DNA of 64,000 bases, taken from the human T2T-CHM13v2.0 reference genome, Homo sapiens. The stretch lies in assembly GCF_009914755.1 (NCBI RefSeq), contig NC_060948.1; one strand, 5' to 3'. Below the pieces are notes generated by a model. It saw only the letters and a program-made list of their open reading frames with translations, was not told where the DNA came from and made no database searches. Of the stretch, positions 56,084-64,000 are shown in pieces (the stretch's first letter is position 1; the number at the start of each line of letters is the position of its first letter). The position numbers were made by a program, and so were the translations under genes.

Positions 56084-58788
56084 GAGTAATATTTCACAAC
56101 GCACCCGTGGTAAAGAATTTAAGACAGAAATCTCAACACCAGGGTACTAGGTCTGGTAATATGACACAATCTCCTCATCTTTTAGGTGACACCTTTAACT
56201 TTTAGCTTGATATGTATATTACAGTCACAACCTTACACGTGTTCTACATCATTATATGACACACTCTACAACATCCAGAGGCTTTATGCAACATGCATGA
56301 GAGTTACAAACCACTCTGAGGCCTACATGCTTATATTCACTCACAATCTTACATATTGCCTTAAACCCAGTTATGATTGCCAACACCTCTCTAATAGGCT
56401 GGGTTCAGACAGGAGACCCATTATTATGCCTGTGATCTGGGTCCAGAAAATAGTCACCATCTCACCTATAGCAAGATCCACATATGACAGTCAAAATTTC
56501 AACTTTGTACTTTATTTACTTATACTCAGGACTTTAACAGCTGACTTTGTAAATATGGGATGCTGAAAAGTTTTGCACTCACCTGTATGTGTAATCAAGA
56601 GTCATGATCTTAATCTCTGGCTGGGCCCAAGCAGTTTTTAGAATATGAGTTAGCGTTGTAAGCTGCTGTGAGCTTTCTGCCACTATGCAACTCACAACTT
56701 TAAGTATTGCCCTGCGTGGAGAGGTGATAGGCAAATGTTACTATTGGTGGAAAACAAATATAACTTTGATCATCATGCCTCTGAATTGAATCATGTAAAT
56801 TTCATAATCCCATTTGTAGGAAAAAAGAAAAAACTAGCCAGGAGAGTAGCACAACGTAGGTGCTTTGCCAGGCAATATGTCACAATGCCTTCTCTAGGTA
56901 GGGTTCTAGAAATGAGGGTTACATTAACTGGGTGCTGGACCTAGCAATATGACACAATCCACCTCCCCAAAAGAAAAAAAAAACAGACAAATGATGAGAA
57001 TAAAAACTCCTACTGGGTGTGCCCAAGAATTGTAAAAATACTTTCTGTTGCTCTGGCACAGGCAAGAGAGTTACAGCATCAGGGTTGGGGGCGGAGCCAT
57101 ATGCCATAATTCTCTCTTTATGCAGGACTCAGGATGAAGAGGAACATCATCTGGGTGCTGGGCCCTGCAGTAAATCAAAATTCCTTTTCCTGGACACTTT
57201 TTGGGAGAAAAAAAAAAAGAAAAGCCATATAACCTGAGTATTTGGCTTAGCAATATGTCACATCACCCCATTGTAAAGGCTCAGACAGAAGAAAAGAATT
57301 ACGTCAGTTAGGATACTGGCTCAAATATATGACCCAATGTCCAAAATAAGCAAGGCTAAGGCAGAAGAGAAAAGTCATATCACCTAGGTGCTTCCCTAGG
57401 TATATGAAAAAAATCTAACATGTGAGGTGAAGCCAGGCAGAAGAGTCACACCGCCTTGATCCTGATTCCTGAGATATGTCACAAGTTTCACTTAGGACAA
57501 GACTCAGACAAGAGATTTACAACAAATAGGTGTAGGTTCTACCTTTATGTCACAATGCTCTTTGTGGGCCATGCTGAAGCAGGGAGTTACGTTACCCAGG
57601 CGATAGGCACAGAGATATGTTGCAATGTTCTCCTTGAGACATGACCCTGGCAAAAGAGTACCATCACTTATATGCCTAGTGTAGTAATATGTCACTATTC
57701 AGGAAAGCAGGACCCAAGCAGGAGAGCAACATCACCTAAGTGATCAGCCCAGAGATTTGTCACAATGCATTCTTTAGGACATGGCTCTAACAAAAGAGTA
57801 CTGTCACCAGTGTGCCTGGCCCAACCATATGTCACAATCCCCAATTGTGTGCAGGGCCCATTCTAACAAGGAGAGTTACATCACCTAAGTAGTTGACACA
57901 GTGATATGTCACAATAATCTCTGTGGGCATGGCTAAGGCAAAAATTTAACATGACCAAGGTGCTGGATCTAGTAATATGTCACGATTCTTACTGAGAGCA
58001 GGACCCAGGCAGTAACATATCACTTGTATCAGTATCATGTAGAGGTAGGCCCAGGTAGATACCGCAATAAGATATGCGGGCTAGAACCATTATGGTGGAT
58101 TAAATCACACAGATGTTTGGTGAAGATTTGTATCACAATAACACTAGCAGAAAATTCCCAGGATGAGATTTACAATATTGCACATGTCCCATTTTCATGA
58201 GTGACAGTTAGCTTCATATATGTGAGATGTTGATAGTACTTACTGTCAGCTGGGTGTGCATTTGAGACTCACAGTTTCATCTTTCTGCTGGTTTCTGTTA
58301 TGACACACTCGGTACAAGCCAAAGGCTTTAAAAAATATGTGAGGCTGTTATAATTTTCTTTGACCTTGTTTTTTTACCAGATAGGGATTTAATTACTCGT
58401 GTCTCTAAAGAAATTTATGAGAGTTAAAATTCTATTTGTGGGATCCACATAAGACAGTCATTATCATGCCTATGAGCTGTGCTTGGGTATATATCACAAC
58501 TTAGTCTGTGTTAATGAAACAGGCATGACAGCCAAGGCACCTAAATACTGAGCCAGAAAATTTCCAATATTCTCCTTACAGGCATGCTCCAGGCAGAAAA
58601 GTTGCATAACTTGGGGGTTACATCAAGATGTATAACACAATACACCTTATGGGCTGTGTCCAGGTAGAAGAGGAGACTTGTATCACCTAAACAATAGGCC
58701 CAGAGATATCTTACAAAGTCTCCTTTTGCAAGGATCAGGCAAGAGAGTCACGTAATTTGGATGTAGTGCTTAGAAATGCTATAGTCCC

Positions 58789-59100
<312 letters not shown>

Positions 59101-62100
59101 AGAAATGCTACAATCTCTAGTGGAAGCAGGGTCCAGGTAAGAGAGGAGTGTCAGGTAACTAGATCATGGGTCCAGAAATATGTTACAATCCTTCTGGAAG
59201 ATATTGTTAAAACAGGAGAGTCAAATCATCATGGTGATAAGTTGAAGTACACATCCAAATCTCATTTGCGGGCTACAACTAGGCAGGAGTATTAAATCAC
59301 TCAGGAGCTGGGCAAAGGTATATGTCACAATAACACTGGTGGAACATTCCAGGAATGGGAGTCTCTGTCTTGCATATGACCTGGATCCAGGTTTAACAGT
59401 CATGATTAGTCCTCTTAAGTAGTCTTAGGTATATGACACAATATCACCTGTGGGCAGAGAGCAAGCAGAAAGGTCACATCATCTGGATGGGTGCTGGTCC
59501 AGTGAGATGCCACAATCTTCCTTGTGGGCAGGACACTGGAAGAAGACTCACATCACCTGGAGGCTGGTTTTAGTGATATATCAAAAGTCCCCCTGTGAGG
59601 AAATCTTAGGAGTGTGAGGACACTCCCTTTACCTAAGCAATTGGCCTAGATATATGTCACAATGTTCACTATCTGCAGAACCACGGTATGAAAGTGACCT
59701 CACTTCGGCGCTGGGTTTAGTAATATGTCACAATCTCCCCTCTGGTCACGGCAAGACAAAAGAGAAAAACATTATCTAGGTGTGAACCAAGTGATATGTT
59801 ATGAAGCTTCCTGTTGGCAGAACCCAAAACAGAGAGTCACATCACCTGGGTGCAGTACCCAGTTATGTGTCACAATGCCCTGTAACAGCAGGGCCAAGGC
59901 AGTAGAAGGGAGTCTCATCACTTATATGATGGACCTAAATCTAAGTCACAATGACTTTTATAGGCAGGAAAAAGACAAAGAATTGACATCACCTTGATGC
60001 TGGTCCCCGTGATATGTTTAATTACCCTTGGTAGGCAGGCCCAGGCACCTCTGCTTAGGTGTATGGTCCACCTACGTCACAATTTTATCTGCCGTCATGG
60101 CCTAAAAAGGAGAGTCAAATTATTCAGGAGCCGGGCTAATTTTTATGTCCTAATCACACGCTGGGAAATATTCAGAAATAAGTTTCACAGCCCTTCACAA
60201 GTCCTGGCTTTGTGCACATGGGTCAACACCTCCTGTGCAAGGGGTCAAAGCAGAGGAGTTACAGACTCAACAATGGGCAGGATCCATGCATAAATTGCCC
60301 AGTTCTACTCGAAGATTGTGTTCCAGTATGAAAGTCACAGCCTCACAGTTGGGCTGAATACTGCATCACCAAACCACCCACGGGGTTAAACCATGTACGA
60401 GAGGAACAATTTCAACCTTCGACTACTCTGTTGTGTGAAACTTAGTACCTTATTTGTAGGCCACGTTCTTGTATGAAAGTGACAATCAAGTTAGCTGGGT
60501 GTGCATCCATGATTCACAATCACACCTGGTTGCTGTTCCCTGTTATGACACTCTTTGTACCACTGAGGCTTTATATGATATGCCCGAGGGTCATATCCTC
60601 TGTGAACAAATAGGAGACCCATTATTTTACTTATGGAAATAAGACTGGCTATGAGAGTCAAAATCTCTCTCCTTTCTGGGTCCAGGTATGATGATTATAA
60701 TTGTGCATGTGAGATGATTCCAGGTATATGTCACAATTTCACCTGTGGGCAGAAACAAGGAAGAAGTCTCACAACATTGATGCAAGCCCATGATACATTA
60801 TCTACTCTTTTGCTTGCAGGTCCAAGTCAGAAGAGTCACATCACCTGGGTACAGCCTCAAGTAATATGGCACCATGTCCACTGTAGACAGGGTTGAAAAA
60901 AACAAAACAGGAGACTCACAACACCTAGGTGTTAGGCTCAGCAATATGTAATAATCCCCTCTTTTGACAAACTCCAGAAAATAAAGAGGAAAGTTGCATT
61001 ACCTAGGTTTTGCACTCAGTGGCATGTCACAATTCCTTTAGTAGGAAGGACCTAGACAGGAGAGAAGAGACGTATTTCCTAGCTGCTACGTTCAACAATG
61101 TCACAATGTTTCTTTGGGGCAAAGCACAAGAAAAAAAGACAAATCCCTTAACATTTAGGCTCACAAATATGTGATGATATGTCTTGTTGCAGGGCCAGGG
61201 CAAAAGGTGTCACATTATTATGATTCTGACACAATATGTCACAACACATACACGAGAAACAATTTAAGCAAAAGTTTTAACACCTGGTTACTAGGCCCAG
61301 TGATATGACACAGGACACTCGTTGGCAGGACACTCGAAGAAGACTCACATCACCTGGATGCTGCTCATCTTTGAGGATGGTACCTTTAAGTGTAAGCTTG
61401 GTGTGTATATGAGTCACAATGTCATGTGTGTGCTGGGCCATTATATAGAACCCTCTGCAACATCCGAGGGATGTATATGGCATGTATGAGAGTTGCAAAC
61501 TTCTCTGAGGCCCACATGCTCATATGGACTCCCAGTGTTATGTATTGCCCTAAACCCAGGTATGATAGTCAACATCTCTCATTTAGGCTGAGTTCAGGAA
61601 TGAGACCTATTTTTATTTCTATGAGCTGGGACCAAAAATGAGTCATAATCGCACCATTGGCTAGACCCACATGTGAGTGTCATGATTCCCACTTTGTACT
61701 GTTTTTCTTTGTTAGACTTAGTACCTTAACAGTGGGCTTTGTAAATGTGTGCTTGTGACAATATTTACTTCCACCTGGCTGTGTAATTTAGAGTCACAAT
61801 CTTAATTTTTTTATGTTTCTTGTTATAAAACTCTCTGTACCACCAAAGGAGTTTATACAATATGAATTAGTGTTGTAAACCTCTGTGAGCATTGTACAAA
61901 CAGAAAACCCATTTTACCTATTTCCATAAGCCTAGCAATGAGTGGAAAAATATCTTCTATTGACTGAGCCCTAATATAAGTTTGACCATCATGCCTGTGA
62001 ACTGAAGCAAGATTTATGTCATAATCTCATTTATTTGTCAACAATTAGGAAAAAGAATAATATCACTTAGATGATATGGCAACAAATGCCACAATGCCCT

Positions 62101-63764
62101 TTTTAGGCAGAATCTAGGAAGAAGGGTCACATTACCTGGACCCAGCAATGTGACACAATTCCACATGTGGAAAAGTTTAGCCATGGGATGAGAGCCAAAA
62201 CACGTGTACAATGAGTCAAAGGTATGTCGAAATACTCTCTGAGGCTACTGGCATGCAGGTAGGACAGTAGCATCTTCAGGGTGCTGGGCCCACTCATATG
62301 TAATAATTTCCTCTTTATTCAGAACTCTGACAAAACTGTAACATCATCTGGGTGCAATATGTCAAAATTTCCCTTTGCGGGCATGGTTCAGAAAAAAAGA
62401 GTAGAGTCACATCAGTTAAACTCTAGGCTCAGCAATATGCCACAATCCCACCATTTTAAAGGCCCAGGCAGGGGAAGAGAATCATATCACTTAGGTCATG
62501 TGCTCAGAGATATGTCCCAATGTCCTCAGTAGGCAGGACTCAGGGAGAAAGGGAGAGTCATATCACCTATGTGCTTTTATAGGTATATGTCACAATCTAA
62601 CACGTGGGAAGATACCAGGAAGAAGAGCCACATCACCTGGGTCCTGAGATATGTTACAAAGCTTCCTTAGGAAAACACCAAGGCAAAAGAGTTAAATCAA
62701 CTTGCTGCAGGTTTAACTTTTATGTCACAATGCTCTGTGTGGGTGAGGCCCAAGCCTCAAGTCACATAATCTAGGTGACAGTCACGGAGATATGTTACAA
62801 TGCCCTCCTTGACACATAGCCCTGGTGAAAAAGAACCATCACCTGTTTGCTTGGCCTAGAAATATGTCACCACCAACCCTTCTGTTCAGGACCTATTCTA
62901 GAGAGGAGAGTTACATCACCTAATTGGTGGAGACAGTCATATATCACAGCAATGTCTGTGGCCAAGGCTCAGGCAAGAATGTAACGTCACCTGGGTTTTT
63001 GATCCAGTGATATGTCACAATCCTTAATGAGACAAGTGCCAAGGCAGGAGAGTCACATCATTTATATGTTGGTCCAGGTAGAGATCACAATCCCATATAT
63101 GAGCTGGAACCAGTCTGGAGAGTCAAATCACAGATGCTCAGCAAATATTTTTATCACAATCACAATGGCAGAATATTCCAGAGATGAGACTTACAATACC
63201 ATACATGTCCTGTTTTCATGAGTGACAGTTGGCTTCATGTATGTGAGATGTGACAGTCCTTACTGTCAGCTGGGTGTGCATATGAGACTCACAATTTCAC
63301 CTTTCTGTTGGGTTCTCTTATGACACTCTGTGCAAGTCATGGGCTTTATAAAATATCTGAGCCTGTTATAATCTTCAGTGACCTCTTTACCAGAAAGAGA
63401 TCTAAGAAATGACTCATGTTTCTAAAGCAAGTTACAAGAGTCAAAATTATTCTTATCTGTAGGATCCACATGTGAGAGTCAGTATCATGCCTGTGAGCTG
63501 TGCCTAGGTATATGTCAAAATTTACTCTGTGGTAATGAAACAGACATGACAGACTTGTCACCTAAATGCTGAGCCAGAAGTTTTCCAATATTCTCCTTCT
63601 AGACAAGTTTCTGGCAGAAAAGTTGCATAACTGCGAGGCTACAGCAAACTCTATGGCATAATGCCCCTCGTGGGCAGTGTTCAGGCAGTAGAGGAAGTTG
63701 TATCACCTAAATGATAGGCCCTGAGATATGTCACAATGCCTCCTGTTGAAAGGGTCAGAAATGT

Positions 63765-64000
63765 ATCATTTCCAATTATACTCATTTTTACTGCAGTGAT
63801 TTGGTGTCTTATTTTGGCTTTGATTTGCAGTTTTCTAATAATTAATAATGCTGAGCATCATTGTATGTAATTGGCCATTCGTATGTCTTCTTTGAGGAAA
63901 TGTCAGTTAAGGTATCTTGCCTATTACTAAATAGTGTGTTATTATTGCTCTTAAAATTGTTATGTATTCGTATGTTTATCTCTTGTCATATGTATATTTT
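63765..64000 (-). mobile_element. Old L1 ORF2 3' region fragment ending the satellite block
   Basis: ttgatttgcagttttctaata...gctgagcat...tatgtcttctttgaggaaatgtc. Confidence 0.8.

Overview
Primate (human-like) nuclear DNA with no intact conventional protein-coding gene. Left 25.6 kb: the last intron and a degenerate terminal C2H2 exon of an unprocessed KRAB-ZNF pseudogene (ZNF679/ZNF736-like, +), a full-length but dead L1PA2 (-) whose antisense ORF0 (71 aa) is still open, a 5'-inverted L1PA4 (+), older L1s, Alus and two ERV1-type LTRs. Right 38 kb (about 25.7-63.8 kb): one single-orientation complex beta-satellite block with nested tiers. A ~71-bp monomer and a ~250-300-bp non-satellite module build a ~4.8-kb unit, and a four-unit A-B-C-D superunit is tandemly duplicated. 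The block is interrupted by a deleted HERV-K HML-8 (MER11) provirus, an LTR22 (HML-5) solo LTR and four Alus. Most interesting signal: the minus strand of the satellite unit repeatedly encodes peptides resembling two parts of the Y testis protein BPY2/VCY2 (sequence recalled from memory). One copy (33873-33994) is bounded by strong splice sites, which suggests the satellite acts as a reservoir of proto-exons. This combination points to chrY ampliconic sequence or the related 7p11-q11/19p12 ZNF clusters, which is inference only. I cannot support a wholly new biological system. Family names and identities are by eye, and approximate coordinates are flagged.
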